This document shows positions 11,277-21,325 of a stretch of 64,000 nucleotides of DNA, piece by piece. The stretch is from assembly GCA_965263355.1 (NCBI GenBank), contig CBDHHL010000056.1, positions 96,001-160,000 on the forward strand. Direction: 5' to 3'. This DNA comes from Leptolyngbyaceae cyanobacterium. Lineage in GTDB: Bacteria > Cyanobacteriota > Cyanobacteriia > Phormidesmidales > Phormidesmidaceae. The translations under genes and the position numbers were made by a program. How positions within the stretch are numbered: position 1 is the first letter of the stretch; each line of letters opens with the position of its first letter. Under the pieces are notes generated by a model. That model saw only the letters and a program-made list of their open reading frames with translations. It searched no databases and was not told where the DNA came from.

Positions 11277-11978
11277 ATGTTTCCCATTCGGATTACGATT
11301 TTTGAATACGAGCGCGGTCTAAAATACGTTAAGGGTCGGTTTAAGCAGGTGCTGGGAGCAGGGCAGTACTGGCTATGGGCCTTTGGCAATACCACCATTC
11401 GTAAAGTAGACATGCGCCCCCAGTACCTGAGTGTGCCAGGGCAAGCGGTACTGACCGCCGATGGGGTGGGTCTAAAGATCAGTCTGACAGCGGTTTATGA
11501 AATCAGTGACCCGGCAATGGCGATTAATCAGGTGGCTGATTATCGTCAGGGACTCTATCTAACAGTACAAACGGGGTTGCGTGAATTGATCGGCACGGTG
11601 GCCATGGACGATTTGCTGGGCAATACCGAACTCAATCAACGGCTGCTGGACACAACTGCTAGCCAGGTCACTTCCCTGGGACTACGGCTGATTAACCTCA
11701 GCATTCGTGACCTGATGCTGCCGGGGGAATTGAAAAAGCTCTATGCCCAGATCGTGCAGGCCCGTCAGGAAGGGCTGGCCCAGCTGGAACGAGCTAGGGG
11801 TGAAACGGCGGCCCTGAGAAGTTTGGCCAATGCAGCTCGGCTAACCAATAAAAATCCAACTTTACTACAGCTAAGACTGTTGCAAGCCCTGGAACAGTCC
11901 ACTGGCAATACCTTTCACATAGAACTAGCGGCGAGTGCACAGGACACTGGTTCAGAAAACGCTGGTTCTGCGGATTAA
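11277..11978 (+). CDS. Slipin/SPFH (band 7) family protein
   Basis: FEYERGL..G.F, VDMR, LTADGV, IRDLMLPG, ARGETAALRSLANAA, NPTLLQLR. Confidence 0.85.
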   Translation: MFPIRITIFEYERGLKYVKGRFKQVLGAGQYWLWAFGNTTIRKVDMRPQYLSVPGQAVLTADGVGLKISLTAVYEISDPAMAINQVADYRQGLYLTVQTGLRELIGTVAMDDLLGNTELNQRLLDTTASQVTSLGLRLINLSIRDLMLPGELKKLYAQIVQARQEGLAQLERARGETAALRSLANAARLTNKNPTLLQLRLLQALEQSTGNTFHIELAASAQDTGSENAGSAD

Positions 11979-12185
11979 TATTGAAGGACGATGGCACTCA
12001 TTGCCAAGATTCAGACTTGGCGGAAGTTACGGTGAGGTGAGGGTAAACTTCCAACTCCTCCTAACTAACCCTTGGTTTCAAAAGACGGCTCAACTCGCTA
12101 ATCTCACCAATCAGTAGAAGCACGCTAAAATTCAACTAACAGACTCTGCTAAAATAGTACATATAAACTATATAGCTGCGGTTTA

Positions 12186-12956
12186 ATGACCATGCCTGCT
12201 GAACTCGCCTCCCCATTAGCAACGGCCCACGACGACAGCCGTTTAATGGCTGGCGAGTCTGGTGTATTCCCGACTGGGGATTTTATTAGCGACGAACCAC
12301 CGTTGGAAAGCTCTTTACACCTGCAGCAGATGTTGCTGCTCATTAGCTGCCTGGAATGGCTATGGCAGGATCGAAACGATTATTTCATAGCAGGCAACCT
12401 GACCGTTTACTATAGCGACCGTCAGCTCAAGTCCGAGAAATTTCGAGGTCCCGACTTTTTTGTCGTGCTAGGCACAGAGAAAAAGCCCCGCAATAGTTGG
12501 GTCGTGTGGCAAGAAGGGGGCAAATATCCCAATCTAATTGTGGAACTGTTGTCCGACTCCACGGCCAATACAGATCGAGAAACCAAAAAAGCAATTTACC
12601 AGGATGCATTTCGTACCCCTGAGTATTTTTGGTTTGATCCAAAGACCCTAGAGTTTGCCGGATTTGAACTGGTAGATAGTCAGTATGTGCCCATTGAGCC
12701 GACAGTTGAGGGCAGGCTATGGAGTAAGCAGCTGCAGCTATTTTTAGGCATCCAGGACGAGCAGCTACGGTACTTTTTGCCCGATGGGGCACTAGTGCCC
12801 ACACCAGAAGAATCGGCTAAATTAGCCCAGGCAAAAATGGAAGTGGCTGAGCAGGAAGCTGCGATCGCAAAAGCCAAAGCAGAGCAGTTAGCCCAGAAAC
12901 TCCGAGAATTGGGTGTAGATCCAGATTCTTTATCCCCAGAAACCCAACAATGCTAG
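12186..12956 (+). CDS. Uma2 family (PD-(D/E)xK) endonuclease-like protein
   Basis: SDEPPLES..H, RGPDFFVV, PNLIVELLS.ST, PEYFWFDP. Confidence 0.9.
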   Translation: MTMPAELASPLATAHDDSRLMAGESGVFPTGDFISDEPPLESSLHLQQMLLLISCLEWLWQDRNDYFIAGNLTVYYSDRQLKSEKFRGPDFFVVLGTEKKPRNSWVVWQEGGKYPNLIVELLSDSTANTDRETKKAIYQDAFRTPEYFWFDPKTLEFAGFELVDSQYVPIEPTVEGRLWSKQLQLFLGIQDEQLRYFLPDGALVPTPEESAKLAQAKMEVAEQEAAIAKAKAEQLAQKLRELGVDPDSLSPETQQC

Positions 12957-13149
12957 GAGCAGCTATAGGTCAAATTACAAGCAGAAACCATTTCTCTACA
13001 AGAACATCAGAATCTGCTGGCCTTAGAATCTGCTGGCCTTAATCGATACTGTGGAACAGGCCGATGCTAAACGCCTGGAAACCCTGATGAACCTAGCTCA
13101 ACTTCGTCAGGTGTCTCTCCCCGATCTTAATCATGCACTTGTTTCTTAA
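12957..13149 (+). pseudogene. Remnant of a small helical cyanobacterial protein (often labelled STAS/SEC14-like), in frame with the Uma2 end
   Basis: Reads KLQAETISLQEHQNLLAL / IDTVEQADAKRLETLMNLAQLRQVSL, with in-frame stops and a 16-bp tandem duplication (13009-13024, 13025-13040) that shifts the frame. Confidence 0.55.
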
Positions 13150-13271
13150 CAACGCCTTTAATGCAGGCTGCTGTTACAGTTTCAGTTAAATAGAGATTTT
13201 CTAAGCAACCATTCCAGGCTCAATGCGATACGATAGCCTGAAATTGACCATTTGCAAGGGGGGCGCATCCC

Positions 13272-14216
13272 ATGAAACCCCAGGCCATATCTGCTGCTGC
13301 TTTGACTGTTGATCGATCAATTAAGGAGTCAACTAACTGTGTGGGCGATTATGCCCATCAGGCCATTCAGAAATACGTCAACCACATTTGTCGACAGGAG
13401 AAAGGGGTGTTGGCCCATGACGATCCTGAGTTTTTGCACCAAATGCGCGTGGGGTTACGCCGTTTGAGGACAGTATGTGGAGTGTTTGGTTTTGCGATCG
13501 CACTCCCCAAAACAGTCGATGATCGTGCCCTCAAACGGTTAGGCAAACGTTTGGGTAAGGCAAGGGATCTAGATGTATTGCAAAGTTGGTTACAAACCTA
13601 CGCCAACCAGACACCTTTGAACAAGGCAGAAACTAAAGTGTTACGTACCCTGACCCGAAAGCTGGAAAAACAGCGGCAGAACTATGTAGCCCAGACAGAC
13701 AAGCTTCTGCGGAGTACGGCCTACAATCGGCTGTTTAAGACCCTCAAACAATGGTTAAAGCAGCCCAACTATCAGCCATTATCCAGTTTGCCGCTAACAA
13801 TGGCTTTACCAGACCTCCAGTTACCCATGATTAGTCAGCTATTGCTACACCCCGGCTGGCTAGTAACCAATGATGCGGATACTGAGCAATTAGAACAGGT
13901 CCACGCATTGCGCAAACAGATCAAAGGCGTGCGCTATCAAATGGCGTTATTTCGTGAATTTTATGGAGAGGAGTATAAAACTCAAGTAGGTACCTTTAGG
14001 CAGATGCAAGATCTCTTAGGTGAACTACAGGATGAAGTCGTTTTACAATCGTTCTTAGTAAAAGCATTGGGGTCTAAATGGGCCAAGAAATTGCCTAGCT
14101 TAAACCAATATTTTCGACAACGGCACCAACAACTTTGGCAACAATGGTTAACACTGCGGCAGCCCTATCTATCGTTGGAACAGCGTAATACATTGTATCG
14201 GCTGTTTTTAGCATAA
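13272..14216 (+). CDS. CHAD domain protein
   Basis: LHQMRVGLRRLR, LGKARDLDV, VHALRKQIKGVRY, QDLLGELQD. Confidence 0.9.
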   Translation: MKPQAISAAALTVDRSIKESTNCVGDYAHQAIQKYVNHICRQEKGVLAHDDPEFLHQMRVGLRRLRTVCGVFGFAIALPKTVDDRALKRLGKRLGKARDLDVLQSWLQTYANQTPLNKAETKVLRTLTRKLEKQRQNYVAQTDKLLRSTAYNRLFKTLKQWLKQPNYQPLSSLPLTMALPDLQLPMISQLLLHPGWLVTNDADTEQLEQVHALRKQIKGVRYQMALFREFYGEEYKTQVGTFRQMQDLLGELQDEVVLQSFLVKALGSKWAKKLPSLNQYFRQRHQQLWQQWLTLRQPYLSLEQRNTLYRLFLA

Positions 14217-14479
14217 TATCGAGGTCTATCCCTGGGATACTGGGGATTATAAGCCAGAACTTTGTAATGCTAGGAGAACCTTACCCTAACATCTTCATAA
14301 AATCTCCAGCTTTGTGCACTATCACAGTAACAGCATCAAATCCTGGAAATGATTATGAGTTACTGCCTTTGTTGCAATAGTTTGCTATTACGTCATGTTC
14401 GTCATGGTGTAGAGGCACACCGATGTATCCCCAACACGGAGTATGCTTTAGTTGTTGTCATTAGTTCTTGCCAACTTCT

Positions 14480-14507
14480 GTAGGGATACAATAGTGTGTA
14501 TCCCTAC
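14480..14507. repeat. GTAG-type REP-like palindrome, possible bidirectional terminator between convergent genes
   Basis: gtagggataca-N6-tgtatccctac, a perfect 11-bp inverted repeat. Confidence 0.6.
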
Positions 14508-14537
14508 GGATTATTCAACAATTCTGACAACAATCTT

Positions 14538-15071
14538 CTAATGTGCGCCCCAGGATACCCATTTATGGGTGTTATCATTGGCTTCATTCAGCACGGGACT
14601 CCTAAGATGACAAAGGTTAGCGCCATCATGATCGGTATCGTCTAAACCGGTCTCATCCAGACATGCGGCCGTGAGATTAGCATTACAGAAGTTAGCGCCA
14701 CTGATGATGGCGGCAGTGAGGTTAGCACCTCGAAGGTCTGCTCCTTCGAGATTTGCCATTCTCAGGTCTGCATGACTCAGGTCTGCGCCTACTAGGCTTG
14801 CTTCTGAAAGGTCTGCCCCAATAAAGTTGGCACCTATGAGTTTGGCACCGCTCAAATCTGCTTTGCTGAGATCTGCATTAGTGAGATTAGCACTGTTTAG
14901 GTCGCTGCGACTCAGGTCTGCATGACTCAGATCTGCATGGCTCAGGTCACATTGGCTAAAGTCTACACCACTGAGACGGCTTTGTTTTAAGTTCGCAACG
15001 TGGAGGCTAATGCCAGAAAAGTCGCGGTAGCCTTGGTTGTATTCGTGACGGAGTTGTTGAATGTCAATCAT
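14538..15071 (-). CDS. Pentapeptide repeat protein
   Basis: Tandem A(D/N)LXX repeats. Confidence 0.92.
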   Translation of the reverse strand: MIDIQQLRHEYNQGYRDFSGISLHVANLKQSRLSGVDFSQCDLSHADLSHADLSRSDLNSANLTNADLSKADLSGAKLIGANFIGADLSEASLVGADLSHADLRMANLEGADLRGANLTAAIISGANFCNANLTAACLDETGLDDTDHDGANLCHLRSPVLNEANDNTHKWVSWGAH

Positions 15072-15438
15072 GGTCTGTCTCCTATAGTGGCTTCGTTGGT
15101 GTGAATTAGGAAGATGCGTTGTTCCCTAACCAACAAGAAACAGTTTGGCGCTATGGGCGGAATACCGACTACACAGAGCATGATGAGATCGATGACCTAA
15201 TCTATTGTGATGGGTAGACACAACAGATACAGGGTAATGTTTCGCCGCTCGTCAACACTGTCCCTAACGATACGTTTATCTTGACGTACTTTTTTGAAAG
15301 CGACACAGGTTATTAATAGATTGCAATGTTTTTTGGGGGTTGCTAGAGTGGCGATAGTGGCTAACCACCCCGCTTTCAGCCTGCCCTTTCGAGACACTTA
15401 ATAAACAACTACAACTCCTTGAACTAAAACCAATTCAG

Positions 15439-16218
15439 TTGGGAACAAGTTCCCTGGCGGTGGTTACCTATCCAGGCACGTCTACAGTACCCGCACCTCA
15501 GCCACCACCAACCATCAATAATATATTTAATATTTCTGGTAGTACCCTGACGAATGTATCGGCTTCTGGCAACATCCAATATACCGAAGCCGCTAGCCCG
15601 TCAACTCTCTCGGTTGAGGTAAATGATATCAATCAGGCCACATATGGCAAGAAGAAAACGATCTTAATGCTTGCGGCAAACCCTAAAGATACCGCTCAGC
15701 TTCGTTTAGGGGCAGAATCACGGGAAATTTTAGCCGGGTTAGAACGCTCAAAACACCGAGATCAGTTTGAGTTAATCACTCGCTTTGCCCAACGTCCTGA
15801 TGATATGCGGCGCGCGCTGCTGGATATTAATCCAGATATTGTGCATTTTTCAGGCCATGGTGGTGGCTCCAATGGTCTGGTACTGGAAAATGACGCTGGT
15901 AAACTGCAGTTTGTCCCGACGGCTTCCCTAACCCGACTGTTCAATTTTTTTAGCAATACAATTGAGTGCGTTGTGCTGAATGCCTGTTACTCAGAAGAGC
16001 AGGCTACTGCTATCCATGAGCATATCAATTGTGTTGTAGGGATGAACCGAGCCGTGGGCGATCGCAGCGCCATCAAATTTGCCATCGGCTTTTACGATGC
16101 CCTTGGCGCAGGGCGCTTCTACGAAGATGCCTTTGAAATGGGCCTAATTGCCATTGATGTCGATCGCCTGAAAGGGTTAGATATTCCCCGCCTAAAATTG
16201 CGCGAACCAACGTTTTAA
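15439..16218 (+). CDS. CHAT domain-containing protein (start uncertain, possibly N-terminally truncated)
   Basis: ILMLAANPKDT..LRLG.E.REI, PDIVHFSGHG, CVVLNACYS, F..GFYDALGAG. Confidence 0.8.
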   Translation: MGTSSLAVVTYPGTSTVPAPQPPPTINNIFNISGSTLTNVSASGNIQYTEAASPSTLSVEVNDINQATYGKKKTILMLAANPKDTAQLRLGAESREILAGLERSKHRDQFELITRFAQRPDDMRRALLDINPDIVHFSGHGGGSNGLVLENDAGKLQFVPTASLTRLFNFFSNTIECVVLNACYSEEQATAIHEHINCVVGMNRAVGDRSAIKFAIGFYDALGAGRFYEDAFEMGLIAIDVDRLKGLDIPRLKLREPTF

Positions 16219-16455
16219 TCAAACTGAGTTTTTAGAGAAATTCGTTTGAGGTTAAGTGTACTGTTAGGAGCAGGTGCTTTTATCCATTAGTTAAGAGTCT
16301 AGTTAAGAGTCAACCTATTGTTCAACGTTAAACTCCAGCTGTAAATGACTTTAAGATAATTTTAGATATGCTTAAATCTAAAATATTATGTTCTAAATTA
16401 TCCATACCTTTAACTGAAATCTATAGTGGAAAAGTCTATTCTTTAGCACTAATAA

Positions 16456-16947
16456 ATGATGGTTAGCAATGATTTATTACCGCAGACAATTAGTGGCTAT
16501 GAAATTGATCAATTAGACCTGAATATTATTAAACTTCTGCAACATAATGGACGCATTGCCTATAGCGATATTGCTCGTTCGATTGATGCCCCTGAGGCAA
16601 CAATTCGATATCGGGTTAAGCGGCTCATTGATGAAAAAATCATTTCTATTAGTGCCTTTATTAATACGGGCAAAGTTAAGTATGAAAATGTTGCTTACAT
16701 TGAGTTGGAAACTGAGCCTAATTTCTTAGACGATGATCTCAATGAGCTGGTAGTAATGGAAAATATTAGCTACGTAGCATCCGTCACGGGAGACTATGAT
16801 GTTATGTTGGAATATATCTACAAAGATAATGAGGATTTGCTAAATTTTATCAACACATTAAAGCAAAATCCTAACGTAAAACGTCTCAGCTCAAGAACAA
16901 TTCTGAAAATTCATAAGGCCCAGTATCCGGCTAGAGTTCAACCGTAA
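16456..16947 (+). CDS. Lrp/AsnC family transcriptional regulator
   Basis: IDQLDLNIIKLLQHNGRIAYSDIA..ATIRYRVKRL HTH, SVTGDYD RAM domain. Confidence 0.92.
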   Translation: MMVSNDLLPQTISGYEIDQLDLNIIKLLQHNGRIAYSDIARSIDAPEATIRYRVKRLIDEKIISISAFINTGKVKYENVAYIELETEPNFLDDDLNELVVMENISYVASVTGDYDVMLEYIYKDNEDLLNFINTLKQNPNVKRLSSRTILKIHKAQYPARVQP

Positions 16948-16970
16948 ACCTCTTAAAAATAAATTTTGCA

Positions 16971-17179
16971 ATTTTAATTTTATACTCTGCCCTCTTCGCA
17001 GGAAACCAGTCCAAAACATATATAATCGCCCCCGCCGTAAACCCAACTTATGCAAGTAGAGATAACATAGTATGAGGGTTGTAGGGCGGCATCCCGCCAT
17101 GCCCAGGGGGTTTGGGGAACTCGGAGGGACCCCAAGCAACATCTTGAACTTCCTTGCCAACCGCGCAGCGTCCCTACAA
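16971..17179. repeat. Dispersed ~200-250 bp repeat element, copy 1
   Basis: Shares identical 21-nt (17076-17096) and 24-nt (17122-17145) blocks and further homology with 31830-32085. Confidence 0.8.
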
Positions 17180-17223
17180 GATCACCTATTCGAATAAAAC
17201 TTACTGAATACGAAAGAAAAAAA

Positions 17224-18078
17224 TCAAGGCATTTTAGCCGTCTTTCCAATTACATCCAGTGGGTCTTCTCTTAATAACGTCTCCTGGGTATTAACATCCG
17301 CTTCAATTACATTTTCTAGATGACGCTGTAGGGCTAGAAAATCAGAATCGTAGCGATCGCAAAATCTATCCTCAGAAATATTCACCGTTTCAATAATCCG
17401 ACCCGGTCTATCCCCAATCACAATTAACTTTTGGCCCAACAAAATCGCCTCTTCCACATTGTGGGTCACCAGCACCATCGTCGTTGCCGTATCTTCCCAA
17501 ATAGACGACAAAAATTTCTGCAACCTGCGCCGTAGTTGAATATCTAAGGCAGAAAAGGGTTCATCTAATAACAGCACATCGGGTTGGACTGCAATGGATC
17601 GAGCAATGGATACCCGCTGTTTCATGCCCCCTGAAAGCTGATGGGGATAGGATTTCCGGGCATGGGAAAGGCCCACCTGTGCCAACACATCCCTAACTTT
17701 GGTGGCATAATGGATCTGTTTTTTGCCCCGGACCTTAAACCCAAAGCCAATATTTTGTTCAACTGTTAACCAGGGATACAGGGTATTTTCCTGGAACACC
17801 ATGCCAATTTTTGGGGTGATGCCCTTAAGGGGAACCCCATGGAATAGCACCTGACCCGCACTGGGATGGATAAATCCACCTAACAGTTTGAGTAAAGTGG
17901 ATTTTCCGCCGCCTGATTGTCCCAAAATGGTAACAAAATCTCCCTGGTTGACGTTCAGGTTAACGTTGGCTAAGACGGTTGTTTGGCTGCGACCGGATGA
18001 AAAATGTTTAGCGACATTCTGGCAGGTGAGGATGGCAGAGCTGGAAATGGGGGTTGGGGTGCGATCGCGAGACTCCAT
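17224..18078 (-). CDS. NitT/TauT-type ABC transporter ATP-binding protein
   Basis: GQSGGGKST, VFQENTLYPWLTV, LSGGMKQR, LLLDEPFSALD. Confidence 0.92.
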   Translation of the reverse strand: MESRDRTPTPISSSAILTCQNVAKHFSSGRSQTTVLANVNLNVNQGDFVTILGQSGGGKSTLLKLLGGFIHPSAGQVLFHGVPLKGITPKIGMVFQENTLYPWLTVEQNIGFGFKVRGKKQIHYATKVRDVLAQVGLSHARKSYPHQLSGGMKQRVSIARSIAVQPDVLLLDEPFSALDIQLRRRLQKFLSSIWEDTATTMVLVTHNVEEAILLGQKLIVIGDRPGRIIETVNISEDRFCDRYDSDFLALQRHLENVIEADVNTQETLLREDPLDVIGKTAKMP

Positions 18079-18129
18079 AGCTTATACCAAATTCGAATTC
18101 ATTAAACCCGATTAAAAATGGATAATCCT

Positions 18130-18156
18130 GTAGGGGCAATCCCTTGTGGTTGCCCT
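18130..18156 (+). repeat. GTAG-type REP sequence
   Basis: gtaggggcaatcccttgtggttgccct; homologous to the reverse complement of 61297-61324. Confidence 0.6.
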
Positions 18157-18189
18157 TCAATACTGGGTGCCATCAGCCAGGATTTAGTA

Positions 18190-18999
18190 TTACACCTGCC
18201 ACCAGAAAAACTTTCGCTGAATCAACAACAGCAGTCGATCTACCGCAAATCCAGTAATCCCAATAATACAGATCCCCAACAAGATCAAATTACTATTAAA
18301 CAGATTTCGTCCAGTCATCACCACTGTACCCAGCCCATCTCGCAATCCAGTCATTTCTGCTGCCAGTACCGCCATCCAGGCCGCAATAAAATTTAACCGC
18401 AATAGGGTAAATACCCCTGGCAAAACCGCTGGCACGATCACCCATCGCCACCGATTAAAACTACCCCCTCCCAGATTTTGTGCTGTCATTAACAGTGGTT
18501 CAGGGATGCGTTTAATCTCCGCCACCGTAGCAATGGTCAAGGTAAAGAACACACCCATAAACACAATAAACACTGCCGTTAAGTTACTCACCCCAAAGAC
18601 AACCAGGGCCAATGGTACCCAGGCAATGGGGGCAATCGGTGCAATTAATCCTAATATGGGCAAGATAAAAAGCTCCGACCACTTCGAGAGACTGATTAAA
18701 AGACCACACACAATCGACCCAATAAAGGCCACTGTCATTCCCAGTAGCACACGAACCAACGTGACTGCCACCGATTGGTAAATCGAAGCTGCCTGGGAAC
18801 CCAGACCAATCTTAAAATCACTCTCAAATAAGACGGGCAAAAACTGAGATGGCGGTGGTAAAACCTGGGTAATCGGATTCTCTGGATTGCGACCAATGCT
18901 TTCCCAAAGTCCTACTAAAACAGCACAAGATAGCAGACCACATCCAATCGAAAGCAGCGATTGTCGCCAGACTTGTTGATCCCGAATACTGTGTTTCAT
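18190..18999 (-). CDS. NitT/TauT-type ABC transporter permease
   Basis: LPPPS, PIAPIAWVPL, EAA-like loop, W...LAAEM.G...GLG. Confidence 0.9.
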   Translation of the reverse strand: MKHSIRDQQVWRQSLLSIGCGLLSCAVLVGLWESIGRNPENPITQVLPPPSQFLPVLFESDFKIGLGSQAASIYQSVAVTLVRVLLGMTVAFIGSIVCGLLISLSKWSELFILPILGLIAPIAPIAWVPLALVVFGVSNLTAVFIVFMGVFFTLTIATVAEIKRIPEPLLMTAQNLGGGSFNRWRWVIVPAVLPGVFTLLRLNFIAAWMAVLAAEMTGLRDGLGTVVMTGRNLFNSNLILLGICIIGITGFAVDRLLLLIQRKFFWWQV

Positions 19000-19056
19000 T
19001 GGCCTAGGGCTTGTTAAAAAGTAAGCTCTGCGAAGTCATTTTTAAACAACCCCCTC

Positions 19057-20130
19057 CTACTCTAATGATTTGACCAAGGTCGTATCAAAAATATCCTTAG
19101 CCGGAACATCTGATTCGATGTACTTCAGTTCCACCATTTTATCGACCACAGTTTGTACAGCATCTAAGTCAGGCGTAAACGTAATCGGTGATGGCTGAGT
19201 TTCAAAGGCCGTTAACAATACCTCATCTTCAACCCGATAATAATTTCCATCCTTCAACAGTTCAATTGCTTTGGCTGGGTCAGTATTAATAATCTCAGCA
19301 GAACATTGCATCCCTTTGATGTAGGCTTTGACCACTTCTGGACGCTCACTGAGGGTTTTGTCTAATACACTCACTACGGTGTTTGGCGTGGTGGGAGACC
19401 AAACCTCGGCATTATCGGTTAAGACAGTTGCCTCACCGCTGGTAACAAACTGAGTAGTATAGGGCTTAATGTGACTGAGAATATCCACCTCGCCGACTCG
19501 GAAGGCGTCTACCATGGCCAACAGATCATCAAAGTAGACCATTTCAAAGGCGTCGGGCGAAATACCTGCCTCTTCAAAGGCATCCACCAAAATTAGTTCA
19601 AGGGTATCGCCTCGTAGGGTGGCGATTTTTAGTTTAGTATCTGGGTTTTCTGAGACAAATGCTACTAAATCTGATATTGATGCCACTCCATGCTCATTGT
19701 TAATGATTACCTGCATGACGCCCCAACCCCCAGCGGCGGAGACAGTCTTGATGGGGACACCACTATTCGCGGCAAAAAATGGCAAAGTAAAAGGATTGGT
19801 ACTAAAGTCAATGCTGCCACCAGCCAGGGCTGCATTGTTGTCACCAGGGTTTGTAAACGCAACTGTTTCAACGGCCAGACCATTGTCTTCAAAACAGCCT
19901 GACTCCACCCCCACAAACAAAGGAGCCATATCTAAAGCAACCAAGTGCCCCGCTTTGACAGGGGTTAACTCAGCTACTGGGGCTGCCTCTGCCTCTGCAA
20001 TCTCTGATGTCTCAGCTGCTGGAGATTCTGTTACATCATCTGTGGGACTAGATGAAGCACAGGAAATCCACAAAAGACTACCTGCAGATAAGACTATTAT
20101 CCGCTTTAACAATAGAAAAGTGGGATTCAT
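19057..20130 (-). CDS. NitT/TauT (SsuA/NMT1-like) ABC substrate-binding lipoprotein
   Basis: Lipobox WISC, AL..G.ID motif, operon with the permease and ATPase. Confidence 0.85.
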   Translation of the reverse strand: MNPTFLLLKRIIVLSAGSLLWISCASSSPTDDVTESPAAETSEIAEAEAAPVAELTPVKAGHLVALDMAPLFVGVESGCFEDNGLAVETVAFTNPGDNNAALAGGSIDFSTNPFTLPFFAANSGVPIKTVSAAGGWGVMQVIINNEHGVASISDLVAFVSENPDTKLKIATLRGDTLELILVDAFEEAGISPDAFEMVYFDDLLAMVDAFRVGEVDILSHIKPYTTQFVTSGEATVLTDNAEVWSPTTPNTVVSVLDKTLSERPEVVKAYIKGMQCSAEIINTDPAKAIELLKDGNYYRVEDEVLLTAFETQPSPITFTPDLDAVQTVVDKMVELKYIESDVPAKDIFDTTLVKSLE

Positions 20131-20198
20131 ATGGTTACTCAGCCCCCAACGCTGCTCTTTAAACTTGGAAGAAAACGCTTACTGCTCACACAACTATG

Positions 20199-20240
20199 AG
20201 GGTAGGTGAGTCAATAGGTATTTTTTGTAACTGATGAAAC
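20199..20240 (-). promoter_or_regulatory. Candidate class II NtcA-activated promoter for the ABC operon
   Basis: Minus strand GTTtcatcagtTAC (20240-20227, one mismatch to GTA-N8-TAC), exactly 22 nt, then TAcccT (20204-20199). Confidence 0.55.
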
Positions 20241-20350
20241 AATCTCAGCAAAAATACAGCTACAAAAGTTAATCAATTCGCAAAAGTAGAACCATCAGCT
20301 ACGAATTGATTAAGTCTTGCTTTCTTTTTTATAGAATTGTTGACTCTAGC

Positions 20351-20410
20351 CCACGTCCAAGGTGTACCCTACAGGTTCTTTACGGAAAAATGACCATTCT
20401 GGACGTGGAC
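20351..20410 (-). repeat. ~60-bp palindromic mini-repeat, copy A
   Basis: ccacgtcca/tggacgtgg termini; homologous to 62543-62604 and 58499-58560. Confidence 0.7.
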
Positions 20411-20426
20411 AAAGGATATATCCTCA

Positions 20427-21098
20427 TCAAACTAACGTAGTCTCCAAGAGAGCAGACGAGTGTGCTACCCAACCCAGTACCCCTCCCTCTGATTGCAGGA
20501 TATGGACCGTGGCATCATGATCCCTGGCATCGAAAGCAGCACAGCAATCATCCAATAGCAGGCAGTAATACCCCAAATCACTAGCATGGCGATAGGTAGC
20601 TAAAACACAACATTGGGTGGTCACGCCACTAATCAAAAGGTGAGTGATATTATCAGCGTGTAATCGTTGATCAAGGCAGGTATTTACAAAGCAAGAGTGA
20701 GCCGGTTTATCGAGTTGTTCCTCTTCAGACACCGGTTGTAACTCATCAATAATGGCAGCCCCAAGCTCCCCTTGCACGAGAAACCGACCCATTTTGCCCG
20801 CCTGACCAATGGGTGATCCGGCATTGGCATAGCGGATTTTTTTGCTGGGTGATAAATCCGATAGGTCCGGCACATGGCTTTCTCGAGTAAAGATAACCTT
20901 AAGTCCGATTTGTCTGGCCCAGGCCACTAAGGATTGAACCGCAGGTATAATCGCGCGAACAGCTGTCATATCAAGCCCTAACTCACTACCATTGAACCCA
21001 TCAGGATGGCAAAAGTCATTTTGCATATCAATAACCAGTAAGGCTGTTTGGTCAAGCGGCAGATCGAATGAATGGGTATAGGTATTGACTACAACCAT
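20427..21098 (-). CDS. Isochorismatase-like cysteine hydrolase, biuret/guanylurea hydrolase subgroup
   Basis: IDMQNDFC, TRE.H.PDLSD, G.MGRFLV.GE.G, DKP, GVTT.CCV, EGGVLG. Asp-Lys-Cys triad present. Confidence 0.8.
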   Translation of the reverse strand: MVVVNTYTHSFDLPLDQTALLVIDMQNDFCHPDGFNGSELGLDMTAVRAIIPAVQSLVAWARQIGLKVIFTRESHVPDLSDLSPSKKIRYANAGSPIGQAGKMGRFLVQGELGAAIIDELQPVSEEEQLDKPAHSCFVNTCLDQRLHADNITHLLISGVTTQCCVLATYRHASDLGYYCLLLDDCCAAFDARDHDATVHILQSEGGVLGWVAHSSALLETTLV

Positions 21099-21325
21099 AA
21101 ATACCTCATGGGAACATCTCCAATGCTATTAGGTGATACTGTTATGCCTAAAACTGTTTTAATAAACAGCTCTTGAGATTTAATCTAATCCTGATAAGAT
21201 CGTTTTTAAGCCTAATCTATGCAAATAGCGTATCAAGTTTCACATTTTTCACATTTACACTTATTGTCACATTTATCGGATGTAGTCGCCGCCTACTCAT
21301 TTTTGAAAGTAATGGGATTAAAGCC

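Noticed and set aside
15080..15400. Hairpins and GAAA-loop motifs upstream of the pentapeptide gene as a riboswitch
   Set aside because: Stems are short and I found no match to a riboswitch consensus I recognise.
19619..20209. 196-aa plus-strand ORF and the many other antisense or nested ORFs in the track
   Set aside because: They are shadows of well-supported genes on the opposite strand or in another frame and lack motifs.
20131..21325. Guanidine riboswitch near the guanylurea-hydrolase-like cluster
   Set aside because: I could not find guanidine-I or guanidine-II consensus elements by eye in either intergenic region. An Infernal search would settle it.
21173..21325. N-terminal extension of NHase alpha (also the extensions of metG, mazE and the KAS III fusion in the ORF track)
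   Set aside because: Upstream alternative starts add low-complexity sequence; family homology begins at the downstream ATGs.
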